A DNA stretch of 64,000 bases. Origin: an uncultured Candidatus Actinomarina sp. Lineage in GTDB: Bacteria > Actinomycetota > Acidimicrobiia > Actinomarinales > Actinomarinaceae. Location: the NCBI GenBank assembly GCA_902534495.1, contig CACAQC010000002.1, positions 14,517 through 78,516 of the forward strand. The letters are read 5' to 3'. Position numbers and translations under genes: made by a program. This document shows, one piece after another, positions 1-10,463 of this stretch; position 1 is the stretch's first letter, and every line of letters starts with the position of its first letter. A model generated the notes under the pieces. That model did not search any database, was not told the DNA's origin, and saw nothing but the letters and a program-made list of their open reading frames with translations.

Positions 1-743
1 GCGTCACCTGCACCGGTTGTATCTATTGCTTTGACTGAATCAGCTTTTATTATTTTTACGGAATTATTTTCTATGTAAGCGCAACCTTTTTCACCTAAAG
101 TTACCACAACATTAGTATCAACATTTTTTGCAAATAAAAGTAAATTATTTTCATTAAATATATCACCATAAATTTCCTCAAATTCAATTTCGTTAGGTAT
201 AAACCAAGACGTGTATTGGAGCAGAATATTAGAGGGCTTATTTGCTGGAGCTGGGTTAAGTACAGTCTCAACACCATTTTTGTATGCATAAGAAAAAACT
301 TGTTCATTTACATTCATTGGTATTTCAAACTGTCCAACCAGAACATCGGGTTTACCAATTTTTTCCAATGCTTCTATAGCTAAAGAACCATCTATTAAAT
401 CATTTGCTCCAGGTATTACAATAATTCGGTTTTGTCCAGATTCATCGACCCAAATAGGAGCAACACCACTAGATCCATCAACTGTCTGAATATAATCAGT
501 TATCACATCATTGTTTTTAAAATTCTCAATCGTCATATCTCTATAGACGTCACTACCAAGACATGTAATAACATAAACTTCTGCACCTAAGATTCCAGCC
601 ATCACCGCTTGGTTCGCTCCTTTTCCACCAAAACCCATTTGATAAGAGTCGCCAAAAACTGTCTCTCCATCATTAGGTGTTCTTTTTACATAGGAAACTT
701 GATCAATATTTGCACTTCCAACTACACAAATTTTTGGTTTCAT
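1..743 (-). CDS. rbsK: Ribokinase (PfkB carbohydrate kinase family); the 3' end runs off the left edge of the window
   Basis: Reverse-strand translation starts at the ATG complement at 741-743 and reads MKPKICVVGSANIDQVSYVKRTPNDGETVFGDSYQMGFGGKGANQAVMAG... It ends near the window edge with ...DTTGAGDA, the conserved PfkB/ribokinase C-terminal motif. The ORF track omits it because it is incomplete. Confidence 0.8.
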   Translation of the reverse strand, partial: MKPKICVVGSANIDQVSYVKRTPNDGETVFGDSYQMGFGGKGANQAVMAGILGAEVYVITCLGSDVYRDMTIENFKNNDVITDYIQTVDGSSGVAPIWVDESGQNRIIVIPGANDLIDGSLAIEALEKIGKPDVLVGQFEIPMNVNEQVFSYAYKNGVETVLNPAPANKPSNILLQYTSWFIPNEIEFEEIYGDIFNENNLLLFAKNVDTNVVVTLGEKGCAYIENNSVKIIKADSVKAIDTTGAGD

Positions 744-793
744 AATCTAAAAGTATAAAAAATTATTTTCTTAAAATCTATTAGGATTTTTAC

Positions 794-1759
794 ATGGAAA
801 TTAATTGGGAATCTCAGGTTTTATCATCAATTTTAAAAGTCATTCCTAAGCTTTCTTGTCTAGAAATAGATATAGATAAATTACACGAAGTAGCAGCTGA
901 ATTAAGTGAAGATAGTTTTTCAATCAATTATGAAGGAAATACAAATACTGTTCCAAAAGAATATATAAGAAAAACAATGTTGATAAACACCCTAAATTTT
1001 GTCTTTACTGATTTCTTGACTTCTGTGAAATATAAAATTGAAAATTATTCAGATACGGATGCAATGGTTTATCAAATAGATAAGGCTTTAGACCAAGGAA
1101 TTCCTCTTACCCAAGGTCGCTTTATGAGGGATATGAATTTAAAAGAATTTAAGACACTTTTTACTGGAAATATTGAAATGCCTATGGCTGATGAAAAAGT
1201 AAAAATACTTAATAATGTTGGAGATATTTTAGTTACAAAATATGGTGGTGATTGGATAAATTTTATAGACGATGGACCCAAAAAACTTTATGACAATGGA
1301 AAAGGGTTAGTTGAAAGACTAGTGAGAGATTTTAAAAGGTTTGATGACCATTCGATTTTTGAAAATGAAAAAGTATATTTTCTTAAGTTGGCGCAACTAG
1401 CATTCTGGGGAATTCACAGAGAGCTTTCAAAAAGATATTTTTATATAGAGGACATAGAGAATATGACAGCATTTGCTGATTATATTATTCCAGTTGCATT
1501 AGAGAGTTTTGGAATTGTTAAATATTCATCTGAACTAAAGGAAAAAATAGATTCCAGAATTCTTATTGATAAAGATTCTACCGAGGAAATTGAAATCAGA
1601 TCTACTTCAATATATGCAACTGCAAAATTGACAGAACTTATAAATAATTATAAAAAGGAGGAAGAAAAAATTATAATTCCACAATTAGATTTCAAAATTT
1701 GGACCGACTTCCATGCCGATGAGAGACCTCATCACTTAACTAAAACAATTATGTATTAG
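794..1759 (+). CDS. Hypothetical protein (321 aa), no motif I can place
   Basis: Long ORF with plausible coding bias, packed tightly between the divergent ribokinase and the convergent msrA. Confidence 0.4.
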   Translation: MEINWESQVLSSILKVIPKLSCLEIDIDKLHEVAAELSEDSFSINYEGNTNTVPKEYIRKTMLINTLNFVFTDFLTSVKYKIENYSDTDAMVYQIDKALDQGIPLTQGRFMRDMNLKEFKTLFTGNIEMPMADEKVKILNNVGDILVTKYGGDWINFIDDGPKKLYDNGKGLVERLVRDFKRFDDHSIFENEKVYFLKLAQLAFWGIHRELSKRYFYIEDIENMTAFADYIIPVALESFGIVKYSSELKEKIDSRILIDKDSTEEIEIRSTSIYATAKLTELINNYKKEEEKIIIPQLDFKIWTDFHADERPHHLTKTIMY

Positions 1760-2361
1760 TCTTCTCCCCAAGTGTCTTCGAGAAACCCTTTTCTTCCACT
1801 TGCTTTTGCGTACATTTGATAGCGCATACTTTGTTTTTTATAAAAATCCTGATGATATTCTTCAGCAATATAAAATGCAGGCGCTTCTGAAATTGCAGTA
1901 ACAATTGGCTTATCAAATTTACCAGAATTTTCTAATTCGACTTTTGACTGTTCAGCTAAATCTTTCTGTTCACTTCCAACTGTAAAAATCTCTGTTCTAT
2001 ATTGCGACCCAACATCTGCAAATTGGTAATTTAAAGCTGTTGGGTCAATATTTCTCCAAAACACTTCTAGTAATTCTTCATATGTAACAATTGTTGGGTC
2101 AAACAAGACTTCTACAACTTCGGCATGTCCAGTTTCACCTGTAGTGACTTCTTCGTATGTAGGATTTTCTATAGAACCACCCATATATCCTGATGTAGCT
2201 TCTATCACACCTTCCATTGCCTCAAATGGAGGCTCCATACACCAAAAACAACCACCGGCAAAATAAGCTTTTTCGTATCCATCGTCATTCATTACAACTC
2301 CCGAGCTAGTTACTGAGCATGATATAAATATTAATAAAGTTAAATATTTTAAATAACTCAC
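1756..2361 (-). CDS. msrA: Peptide methionine sulfoxide reductase MsrA with N-terminal signal/lipoprotein-like leader
   Basis: GCFWC active-site motif (AGGCFWCMEPPF) and an MsrA-length catalytic domain; hydrophobic N-terminus LTLLIFISCSV. Confidence 0.85.
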   Translation of the reverse strand: MSYLKYLTLLIFISCSVTSSGVVMNDDGYEKAYFAGGCFWCMEPPFEAMEGVIEATSGYMGGSIENPTYEEVTTGETGHAEVVEVLFDPTIVTYEELLEVFWRNIDPTALNYQFADVGSQYRTEIFTVGSEQKDLAEQSKVELENSGKFDKPIVTAISEAPAFYIAEEYHQDFYKKQSMRYQMYAKASGRKGFLEDTWGED

Positions 2362-2481
2362 ATATTGATGTTATTGGCAATGACTAGAAATAATAAATCA
2401 TATCAATAAGTATCTTGTTTAATAATAAAATATTAATAGAATAGTTATGAATCCTTCGACTTATAAAGCGGAGAGAGGAAA

Positions 2482-3345
2482 ATGAAAAAAACAGTACCTT
2501 ATATTAATAATTTAAAAGGCAATCGAGTTATCTCTATGATGACTGCTTACGATTATCCAACAGCAAAAGCAGTTTCAGAGGCAGAAATTGATATCGTTTT
2601 AGTTGGTGACTCTCTAGCACAAGTTGTTCTTGGTCATGATGATACACTTTCTGTTACTGTCGATGAAATGTTGCATCATGTAAAAGCAGTCACGAATGCC
2701 AACCCCTCATCATTAGTTGTTGCCGATATGCCTTATTTGTCATATCACATAAATATTTCTGATTCATTAAAAAATGCTGGTAGATTCATACAAGAAGGCA
2801 AAGCAGATGCTGTAAAAGTAGAAGGTGGAGAAAAAAGAAAAGAAGTTATAAAGGCATTAATAGATGCTGAAATCCCAGTGATGGGACATTTGGGTTTAAC
2901 ACCACAATCAAAAAACTTAATGGGGGGTTACAAAATTCAAGGCAAGACTCTAGATTTAGCTAAAAAACTTTTCGAAGAAGCTCTTCTTTTGCAAGAAACA
3001 GGATGTTTTGCAATGGTCCTAGAAGGTGTTCCTACTATTGTTGCTCAATCTATCTCAGAAAATTTAACAATACCAACAATTGGCATAGGTGCTGGAAAGT
3101 ATACAGATGGGCAAGTCCTTGTGATTCATGATCTCATAGGTATGAAATCAAAAGAATACATAGATGCTAAGTTCGTTAAAAGATATGGTGAGCAATATGA
3201 TGCAACAGTTAAAGCCCTACTTGAATATAAAAAAGACATAGAAAGCCTTAACTTTCCAACTGAAGAACATTCCTACGATATGGGTTCTGATATTCAAGAT
3301 TCACTTAAAGAGTGGAAAAAAGAAATTAAAAAAATTCTGTCATAG
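2482..3345 (+). CDS. panB: 3-methyl-2-oxobutanoate hydroxymethyltransferase (ketopantoate hydroxymethyltransferase)
   Basis: MTAYDYPTA...VGDSLAQVVLGHDDTLSVTVDEMLHH and later GGYKIQGK match PanB. An RBS (ggagagagg) lies upstream. Confidence 0.9.
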   Translation: MKKTVPYINNLKGNRVISMMTAYDYPTAKAVSEAEIDIVLVGDSLAQVVLGHDDTLSVTVDEMLHHVKAVTNANPSSLVVADMPYLSYHINISDSLKNAGRFIQEGKADAVKVEGGEKRKEVIKALIDAEIPVMGHLGLTPQSKNLMGGYKIQGKTLDLAKKLFEEALLLQETGCFAMVLEGVPTIVAQSISENLTIPTIGIGAGKYTDGQVLVIHDLIGMKSKEYIDAKFVKRYGEQYDATVKALLEYKKDIESLNFPTEEHSYDMGSDIQDSLKEWKKEIKKILS

Positions 3346-3416
3346 TACATATATAGTATTAAATTTATTAGTACCTGCTTCTTAAGAAGCCACGTACAAG
3401 TGTCCATAGGAGAAAA

Positions 3417-3704
3417 ATGAATAAATACGATTTGGTCTCAATCGTGAGACCCACAGCAGACGAATCAATCGTCGAATCAGTTCACAAATCCATTTCAGAA
3501 GTTATCTCAAATGGTGGTGGAAATGTGTCAGAACAAGGAGTTTGGCAAAGAAGAAAGCTAGCTTACGAAATAGATACATTCAAAGAGGGAATATACACGA
3601 TAACAAGCTTTGAAAGCCCTTCAAATGTTCCCGCAGAACTCGATAGAGTGCTAAAAATATCTGATGATGTCATTAGACACAAAGTCTTAAAGATGGAAAG
3701 CTAG
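3417..3704 (+). CDS. rpsF: 30S ribosomal protein S6
   Basis: Small basic/acidic ORF immediately upstream of ssb-rpsR-rplI, the conserved Gram-positive gene order. Confidence 0.85.
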   Translation: MNKYDLVSIVRPTADESIVESVHKSISEVISNGGGNVSEQGVWQRRKLAYEIDTFKEGIYTITSFESPSNVPAELDRVLKISDDVIRHKVLKMES

Positions 3705-3716
3705 AGGTATATAAAA

Positions 3717-4142
3717 ATGGTAGATAACACAGTAACAATAGTAGGAAATTTAACCGCAGACCCTGAAATTAGGGTTACTGACGGTGGTGCAACTCTTGCA
3801 GAAATTAGAATCGCACAAAATAAAAGAAAAAGAAACTCTGATGGATCCTGGGAAGAGGGAGATCCGATGTTTTTTCAAGGAACAGTTTGGAACGATATGG
3901 CAGAAAACGCGGCTGCTTCATTACAAAAAGGAATGAGAGTAGTTGTAGTCGGAAGATTAAATTACAGGTCTTGGGAAACACAAGATGGCCAAAACCGTTC
4001 AATTGTTGACCTCTCTATTGATGAAATAGCTCCTAGCTTACGATGGGCAAAAGCAAATATTGAGAGGGTATCAGGCGGTATGGGAACTTCACAGGAACCA
4101 GTTGCTAGAGAAAACTACGAAGAAGACGAAGCACCGTTTTAA
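3717..4142 (+). CDS. ssb: Single-stranded DNA-binding protein
   Basis: OB-fold SSB N-terminus ([13 protein letters not shown]) with an acidic C-terminal tail (EEDEAPF). Confidence 0.85.
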   Translation: MVDNTVTIVGNLTADPEIRVTDGGATLAEIRIAQNKRKRNSDGSWEEGDPMFFQGTVWNDMAENAAASLQKGMRVVVVGRLNYRSWETQDGQNRSIVDLSIDEIAPSLRWAKANIERVSGGMGTSQEPVARENYEEDEAPF

Positions 4143-4147
4143 GGAGA

Positions 4148-4435
4148 TTGATTATGGCAAACGGAAAAAAGAGTGGTACAAGAAGATCTTCAAAATACGA
4201 GGCTCCTAAACAAAGAAGAATTACAAAGCAGCAAATAGAAAACGCAACTTACAAAGACGTTAAGTTGCTTGAAAAATTTATTTCTGATAGAGGAAAAATT
4301 AGATCCAGTTTGATAACAGGAATTACAAAACAAGAACAAGCAAAAGTTGCCCGTTTAATTAAAGTTGCAAGAGAGCTAGCTTTACTTCCCTATGTGACTA
4401 CAAGTTCATACAAGCAAAGCTACAACAGAAGATGA
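4148..4435 (+). CDS. rpsR: 30S ribosomal protein S18
   Basis: Basic 95-aa protein between ssb and rplI. Confidence 0.85.
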   Translation: MIMANGKKSGTRRSSKYEAPKQRRITKQQIENATYKDVKLLEKFISDRGKIRSSLITGITKQEQAKVARLIKVARELALLPYVTTSSYKQSYNRR

Positions 4436-4884
4436 AACTTATTCTTAACTCTGATATAAAGTCTCTAGGAAGAAAGGGCGATGTAGTCGATGTAGCTAAA
4501 GGATATGCCAGAAATTATCTTTTGCCAAAAAAGCTGGCAGTTGTTGCTAATTCAAGCAACCTTAAGTTTGCTGAAGCATTAAGAGAAAAAAGAGAAATAC
4601 AAGCAGCAGCCAACAATGAATTAGCTGAATCAATCAAAACAGCGCTTGCTGATGCAAAAATCGTAATATCTCAAAATACAACAGATGAGGGAACACTATA
4701 CGCAGCAGTGAGTAATGAACAAATTGTTGATGCAATAGAAACATTCTCAGGATTTAGGTTAGAGGCTGAACAAATCGATGTTGAAAACCAAGTCAAAGAA
4801 ATAGGCCTTCATTCGATTTTTATTGTCTTAGGCCCAGATGCAAAATTTGAAACAACACTAGAAATCATACCTGAAACAAAATAA
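4432..4884 (+). CDS. rplI: 50S ribosomal protein L9
   Basis: [36 protein letters not shown] matches the L9 N-terminal domain. Confidence 0.85.
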   Translation: MKLILNSDIKSLGRKGDVVDVAKGYARNYLLPKKLAVVANSSNLKFAEALREKREIQAAANNELAESIKTALADAKIVISQNTTDEGTLYAAVSNEQIVDAIETFSGFRLEAEQIDVENQVKEIGLHSIFIVLGPDAKFETTLEIIPETK

Positions 4885-6245
4885 TGGTTGGTCCTGAAGC
4901 ACTTTCATCAAGAGACACTCAGTCATTAGGCAAAGTTCCACCACACAGCCTTGAAGCCGAAGAGGCACTTTTAGGAAGCGCTTTATTATCCAGAGACGCA
5001 GTCTCGAGATTAATGGAAGAAGTCAGACCAGCCGACTTTTATAGCCCTTCAAATCAAACAGTTTATGAAGCTATGAAGGGTTTGTTTGATACAGGAAAAC
5101 CCATTGATACAGTTACTGTTTCTGAATTGATATTTAAAGATTCAAAAAACTCTAAATCAATCAATGCATCATATATTGCACGACTAGTAGACAATGTTCC
5201 AAGTTCAGCAAACTTTGAAAGATACATTGAAATAGTTTTAGAGCATTCGCATAGAAGGAAGTTACTTAAAGCTAGTGGAAGAATTGAACTTTTGGCAATG
5301 GCTATGGACAAAGAAATTCACAGTGTTCTTGATGAAGCTGAACAAACTATTTTTACTGCTTCCGATGATGCTATTGGAGACGGATTAGTAGGAGTTAATG
5401 ATGTTTTAGAGGGTGCTATCGAGAGAATCGAAGAGATTGAAAATCGTGGTACTGGCCTGTCGGGTCTTCCTACTTATTTCTCTGATCTTGATTATTACCT
5501 ATCTGGGCTTCAAGAAGGCAATCTAATAGTTCTTGCATCTAGACCCAGCATGGGTAAATCTTCACTCGGATTAAATATTAGTACAAATGCCTCAAAAGAA
5601 GGAAAGGTTGTTGCATTTTTCTCTCTTGAAATGACAAAAGAGGAACTGGTACAAAGAGTTTTATTTTCTGAAGCAAAAGTTACTTCAGGAGATGCAAGAA
5701 AAGGACAGCTGGGACCGGAAAAATGGTCAAGAGTTGTAGAAGCTGCATCAAAAGTCAACAGTCTCCCACTGTATTTTGATGATGCTCCAGTAATCACAGT
5801 TACTGATATAAGAGCTAAGTCGAGAAGACTCAAATCATCAAAAGGTTTAGATTTAATTGTTGTTGACTATCTTCAGCTCATGCAGAGTTCTTCTGGAGAT
5901 AATAGGCAACAAGAAATAGCTGAAATTAGTAGAAATTTGAAAAACTTAGCACGTGAATTAAGAGTTCCAATACTTGCTCTTTCACAGTTGAATAGAGCAG
6001 CGGAAGCAAGAGAAGATAAAAGACCAAGGTTGGGAGACTTGCGTGAATCAGGCGCAATAGAGCAAGATGCAGATATTGTGATGATGCTCTACAGGGATGA
6101 TTATTACAATCCTGGAACTGAAATACCAGGCGTCGCTGAAGTCAATATTGTCAAGAATAGGTCTGGACAGACCGGCAAAGTAGAGCTTTTCTTTAGTAAA
6201 GAATTTACACAATTTAGCAATTACTCAAAACAAGAACAGCAGTAA
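4884..6245 (+). CDS. dnaB: Replicative DNA helicase DnaB
   Basis: N-terminal PPHSLEAEEALLGS motif, Walker A (SRPSMGKSS), an RecA-like core, and conserved position after rplI. Confidence 0.9.
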   Translation: MVGPEALSSRDTQSLGKVPPHSLEAEEALLGSALLSRDAVSRLMEEVRPADFYSPSNQTVYEAMKGLFDTGKPIDTVTVSELIFKDSKNSKSINASYIARLVDNVPSSANFERYIEIVLEHSHRRKLLKASGRIELLAMAMDKEIHSVLDEAEQTIFTASDDAIGDGLVGVNDVLEGAIERIEEIENRGTGLSGLPTYFSDLDYYLSGLQEGNLIVLASRPSMGKSSLGLNISTNASKEGKVVAFFSLEMTKEELVQRVLFSEAKVTSGDARKGQLGPEKWSRVVEAASKVNSLPLYFDDAPVITVTDIRAKSRRLKSSKGLDLIVVDYLQLMQSSSGDNRQQEIAEISRNLKNLARELRVPILALSQLNRAAEAREDKRPRLGDLRESGAIEQDADIVMMLYRDDYYNPGTEIPGVAEVNIVKNRSGQTGKVELFFSKEFTQFSNYSKQEQQ

Positions 6246-6247
6246 GT

Positions 6248-7078
6248 TTGAACCTCAAACTAAGAGCCTATTTTCTAATAAGTTTTTTAGCCATTTCTTG
6301 GGGCACAATTCCATTAATTATTAGAACATCAAACATAAGCCCGCTATCGCTTGTAGGTATAAGAACATTTTTAGGATCAATTTTTTTACTAATATTCGTT
6401 CTCAAGAAAAAAGGTATAACAAAAAAATTAGTCAATTCTGGATTTGTATTGGGGCCTTTACTAGCAATTCACTGGTCAACTATGTTTAAGTCTATTGAGC
6501 TAAATAGTGTTGCCGTCGGTATTGGGCTAGTATTTTCTTATCCAATTTTTGTAATATTCATCGAAATGTTAAGAGGTCAAAAGGTTGCAAAATATCAAAT
6601 CCTAATTATTTTATCTGGATTTTTGGGTTTGTTTTTTCTTCTAGATATAACAAGTATTGCCTCACCAATCGGTGTTGTTTATGGAATCATAAGTGCAATA
6701 ACACTTGCGTTTTTAATAATCTACGGTTCTGAAAAGTCAAAAGAATACGGTGGCCTGAATGTTGCGTTTATACAGGTAATTTTTGCTGCTATTTGTTTAT
6801 CTCCATTTACAGCTTCGGGATTTGATTGGATGCTTGATAATTTATTAGTAAGTTTATTTTTGGGGTTCTTTCTAACAGGAGTAGGTTTAGCTACTTATTG
6901 GTATGTTGTAAAAATTGTTACACCATTAGCAATTGGAACAATAACATATTTAGAGCCTGTAACCGGTGTGGTAATAGGAGCTTTGATTTTAAATGAAACA
7001 ATAAAGGGTTTTCAATATTTTGGTTTTGGATTGGTTATTATTGCTGGAATAACCCAGGTCTATTTAGATTCTAAATAG
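6248..7078 (+). CDS. EamA/DMT-family integral membrane transporter
   Basis: About 10 predicted TM helices arranged as two repeated halves; TTG start. Confidence 0.55.
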   Translation: MNLKLRAYFLISFLAISWGTIPLIIRTSNISPLSLVGIRTFLGSIFLLIFVLKKKGITKKLVNSGFVLGPLLAIHWSTMFKSIELNSVAVGIGLVFSYPIFVIFIEMLRGQKVAKYQILIILSGFLGLFFLLDITSIASPIGVVYGIISAITLAFLIIYGSEKSKEYGGLNVAFIQVIFAAICLSPFTASGFDWMLDNLLVSLFLGFFLTGVGLATYWYVVKIVTPLAIGTITYLEPVTGVVIGALILNETIKGFQYFGFGLVIIAGITQVYLDSK

Positions 7079-7518
7079 ACTTCAGGCTCGAGAGTCTGGT
7101 ATTGGTCATAGTAAGAACTATGTAAAGCTATAAATTTATTAAAGCTCCAGGATGCGTATTTATTAAAGTATGACTTGACCATTCCAATAGTTGCTTTTGA
7201 AGGTGTTGACAACCTTGTGTATTCTTCACGATCAAGGTGCTCAATTATCTGACCATCTGTGTTTATTTTCTTAATGGCATTAGTTACATTATTAGTAGTT
7301 ATCTTGTATTCCGAATTAATAAAATTTGTAAGTAACATTGAAAGCTTTGGCTCTTCAGGTGCTGTTGAATCTATAATCAAGCACTTTGTATCGTCACTAA
7401 AATTTAATTGATTTGAGTCTTGTATTTCTCCTAAATTCTCGAATTTAAGTGACCCATTTTTGTCACTTAAATTAAACAAAGTAATAGAAGTATTAATCTC
7501 AAGCACTAAAATTTGCAT
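7060..7518 (-). CDS. Hypothetical protein
   Basis: 152-aa ORF, no recognisable motif. Confidence 0.3.
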   Translation of the reverse strand: MQILVLEINTSITLFNLSDKNGSLKFENLGEIQDSNQLNFSDDTKCLIIDSTAPEEPKLSMLLTNFINSEYKITTNNVTNAIKKINTDGQIIEHLDREEYTRLSTPSKATIGMVKSYFNKYASWSFNKFIALHSSYYDQYQTLEPEVYLESK

Positions 7519-7593
7519 ATAAGTTAAAGTAATAATATTTTTGAGTAATAAGAAACTATAAAAGTAAATTTTTAAATAAGGTTTGATGTATAT

Positions 7594-9225
7594 ATGACAA
7601 GTGTTAGGGGACTGGGTGCTTCATTAGGTGTTGCAATAGGTTCATCATTTGTTTATGAAAATGAGATAGATTTTGATAAAGAAGCAATTCTCACTCATGT
7701 TGAGGCTAGCAAACAACTGATTGAAAAATTTAGTTCTCAAATCCTTGATTTCCGCTCAAAAGAAAGAAATGATGAAGCTGATATTTTAGATGCATACATA
7801 TTGATCCTTCAAGATCCTGAAATAGTGGCTCAACTAAATCAAAATTTAAATTCTTCAGTCGAAGAGGTTTATAGTATTTTTACGTCCACTGCGAGTGTAT
7901 TTGAATCAATGGAAGATGTTTATTTTAAGCAACGAGCTGAAGACATACTCTCTGTAGGAAAACACCTTGTTTTCAATATGCAAAATATTGAAAGAGAAAT
8001 TACTTTAAACGAAAACACTATTTTAATTGCTGAGGACTTAACACCTGCAGATACATCATCAATGGACTTGAGCAAAGTTAATGGAATTATATTAAAAGAA
8101 GGAGGGTTTACTTCGCATGCTGTTATTGTTGCAAAGAATTTGGGTATCCCTTGCGTGATCGGTGTAAAAAGTTTGCTCGACAATATTGTAGATGGCGAGT
8201 TAATAACAATTGACGGTGATACGGGGAATATTGTTATTTCTCCAAGTGAGAATGAGATATCTGAATTAAAAGAAAAACAAGGCAATATAACAAAGTTGAT
8301 TGATAATTTTACTAAAAAAAAGTACGAAAAACTAGGAGTAGAATTCAGAGTTAATATTGGTTCTTTAGAGGAGATTATTTCATTTAATCATCCCTTTTTA
8401 AACTCCATTGGCTTATTTAGGTCCGAGTTTATATATTTAGACAACACAAACATTCCAACACTTGATGAACAAACAAGGGTACTAGAACAAATAACTCAAA
8501 AATTCACTGGAACAATTGTTTATAGAACTCTTGATATTGGAGGTGACAAACAAGTAGATTATTTGAATTTACCTTCAGAAGAAAATCCCTTTCTTGGCGT
8601 AAGGGGGATTAGATTATTGTTGGGTGATATTGAACTATTTGATACACAAATAAAATCGATCTTAAATTCTAAATCATTAGGAAGAGTAAAAATCATGTTT
8701 CCAATGATTTCTACTATAGAAGATTTTATAAAAGCAAAAGAGTTTGTTGCTAAAATAGCGAATAACTTAAATGTCGAAGTTCCCCCACTGGGTATCATGG
8801 TAGAGACACCTTCGTCAGCTTTGATTGCTGATAAGTTTTCAGAAATTGTTGATTTCGTATCTATTGGCACCAACGATTTGACACAGTACATTATGGCTGC
8901 AGACCGTGGCAATAATAATTTAAGCCCGTACCAAGACCCACTTCATCCAGCGGTACTTAGGGCAATTTCTAATGTAATTGATTGTTGTAATACAAATAAT
9001 ACCGAGGTGTCAGTATGTGGTGAAATGTCATCAGATCCCGTCTCAGCATTTGTTTTATACATTTTAGGTTTAAAGATATTTAGTATGGCACCTTCAGCAG
9101 CTCCTTTTGTATTTGATGCTTTAGACACAAACTCAAAAATTAACAAACAAAAGATAAAAGATCAGATTTTACAACAGAATAATGCTGATGAGGTTAGAAC
9201 GATTATTCAAGAAATTATAAATTGA
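7594..9225 (+). CDS. ptsI: Phosphoenolpyruvate-protein phosphotransferase (PTS Enzyme I)
   Basis: GGFTSHAVIVAKNLGIPCVIG phosphohistidine region, NDLTQY motif, and PEP-utilising C-terminal TIM barrel. Confidence 0.9.
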   Translation: MTSVRGLGASLGVAIGSSFVYENEIDFDKEAILTHVEASKQLIEKFSSQILDFRSKERNDEADILDAYILILQDPEIVAQLNQNLNSSVEEVYSIFTSTASVFESMEDVYFKQRAEDILSVGKHLVFNMQNIEREITLNENTILIAEDLTPADTSSMDLSKVNGIILKEGGFTSHAVIVAKNLGIPCVIGVKSLLDNIVDGELITIDGDTGNIVISPSENEISELKEKQGNITKLIDNFTKKKYEKLGVEFRVNIGSLEEIISFNHPFLNSIGLFRSEFIYLDNTNIPTLDEQTRVLEQITQKFTGTIVYRTLDIGGDKQVDYLNLPSEENPFLGVRGIRLLLGDIELFDTQIKSILNSKSLGRVKIMFPMISTIEDFIKAKEFVAKIANNLNVEVPPLGIMVETPSSALIADKFSEIVDFVSIGTNDLTQYIMAADRGNNNLSPYQDPLHPAVLRAISNVIDCCNTNNTEVSVCGEMSSDPVSAFVLYILGLKIFSMAPSAAPFVFDALDTNSKINKQKIKDQILQQNNADEVRTIIQEIIN

Positions 9226-9902
9226 AAGTACATTCTATTCTTCTAGCTGGTGGCTCTAGCGACAGGTTTAATAATGAAGAAAACAAAGTTTACTTTCCAA
9301 TTGGCGGTAAGCCAGCACTTTCCTGGCCACTGGAGACCCTAGATAATTCCGATAAAGTTGACTCAATAATATTGGTTGTAAGGGATGAAGACTGGGAAAA
9401 AACTAATAATGTAATTCAGCTAGTTAATCCCAAAAAATTATCTGGTGTAACAATTGGTGGGAACACTAGACATGAAAGTGAATATCAAGGACTTCTTTAT
9501 CTAAAAGAAAGGCCAGACATAGATGAAGAAGACCTAATTTTAATTCATGATGGCGCAAGACCTTTGTTACCTAGTTATTTGTTAGACGAGCTTATTGATG
9601 TTGCAAAAAAATATGGAGCTTCAGCTCCTGGGTATAACTCAGATAATCTTATGAAAAAACAGGAATTTAACAAAGAAGAAATCCAAGAAACAATTGTAGA
9701 GATACAAACTCCACAGATATTTCCAGCTTCAGAACTTTGGAAATCCTATGAATTGGCAAAATTAGATAAATGGCAAGCAGTAGACACAACAGAATGCGTA
9801 TCAAAATATTCTGAGCTTGAGGCAGTAGTAATTCCTGGTGATCCAAGAAACATGAAGGTAACTTTTATAGAAGATATCTTTAAACTTGAGGAAATGATTT
9901 AA
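9222..9902 (+). CDS. IspD-family nucleotidyltransferase; either 2-C-methyl-D-erythritol 4-phosphate cytidylyltransferase or a TarI-like polyol-phosphate cytidylyltransferase
   Basis: LLAGGSSDRF, IHDGARPLL and QTPQIF motifs are shared by IspD and TarI. The TTG start overlaps the ptsI stop, so it is translationally coupled to ptsI. Confidence 0.7.
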   Translation: MKVHSILLAGGSSDRFNNEENKVYFPIGGKPALSWPLETLDNSDKVDSIILVVRDEDWEKTNNVIQLVNPKKLSGVTIGGNTRHESEYQGLLYLKERPDIDEEDLILIHDGARPLLPSYLLDELIDVAKKYGASAPGYNSDNLMKKQEFNKEEIQETIVEIQTPQIFPASELWKSYELAKLDKWQAVDTTECVSKYSELEAVVIPGDPRNMKVTFIEDIFKLEEMI

Positions 9903-10031
9903 AAAAATCATAAAAATAGGCCTTTCTTAATCAAAAATGGTTACATTTTTTTTAAGATTTCGGGTTTTTACCAAAATTCAAGGAATCATTTATGTAGAAT
10001 TAAAGTAACTATTTAAGTTGAAGGATGGAAG

Positions 10032-10445
10032 TTGTTATCTAGTTCACCATATGCACTTGGTGTCATATTTGTAACACTCGCACTTATGTGGGTTTTACAA
10101 ATGTATCTTGCTAAAAAACAGGCTACTGGTTTCTTAGATGCAGTAAACAGCATTAAAGGACCTGGCTTGGAAGTCGCTATAGGTGTAAATCAACCTAAAT
10201 GGGGGAGAAAAAAAATCTATCTAGCAATCTCTGCTGATGTAAATTCAACCATTGTTAACGGTCTTACTCTGGAGGGGGTAACTACTTTTGCAAAAAGTAA
10301 AAAAGTTTCGTTATTTAATGGCAAAACATTAAATGAAATTGCTAACTCAGAAAACAAAGAACCTATCTGGGATGCTGCCAAAATGGCAGCTGACACTTTG
10401 ATAAAAAAACTTCAAAGTAAAGCGGATAGTAATTCGACAAATTAA
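10032..10445 (+). CDS. gutM: Glucitol operon activator GutM-like protein
   Basis: N-terminal TM segment, then VAIGVNQPKWGRKKIYLAISADVNSTIVNGLTLEGVTTFAK. This parallels E. coli GutM (VGVGRS..RVVVAIALDDQQRIVDTLFMKGLTVFAR). Confidence 0.6.
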   Translation: MLSSSPYALGVIFVTLALMWVLQMYLAKKQATGFLDAVNSIKGPGLEVAIGVNQPKWGRKKIYLAISADVNSTIVNGLTLEGVTTFAKSKKVSLFNGKTLNEIANSENKEPIWDAAKMAADTLIKKLQSKADSNSTN

Positions 10446-10463
10446 TTATAAGGAGGGGGAGAT

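Noticed and set aside
101-307. 68-aa minus-strand ORF near the window start
   Set aside because: Different frame inside the ribokinase gene, which has the DTTGAGDA motif in its own frame; a spurious shadow ORF.
5063-5833. Two antisense ORFs inside dnaB (82 and 107 aa)
   Set aside because: Embedded antisense in a highly conserved helicase gene; no independent support.
10205-10216. A8 homopolymer inside the gutM-like ORF
   Set aside because: Could be a slippage-prone tract, but the reading frame is intact and A/T runs are frequent in this AT-rich genome.
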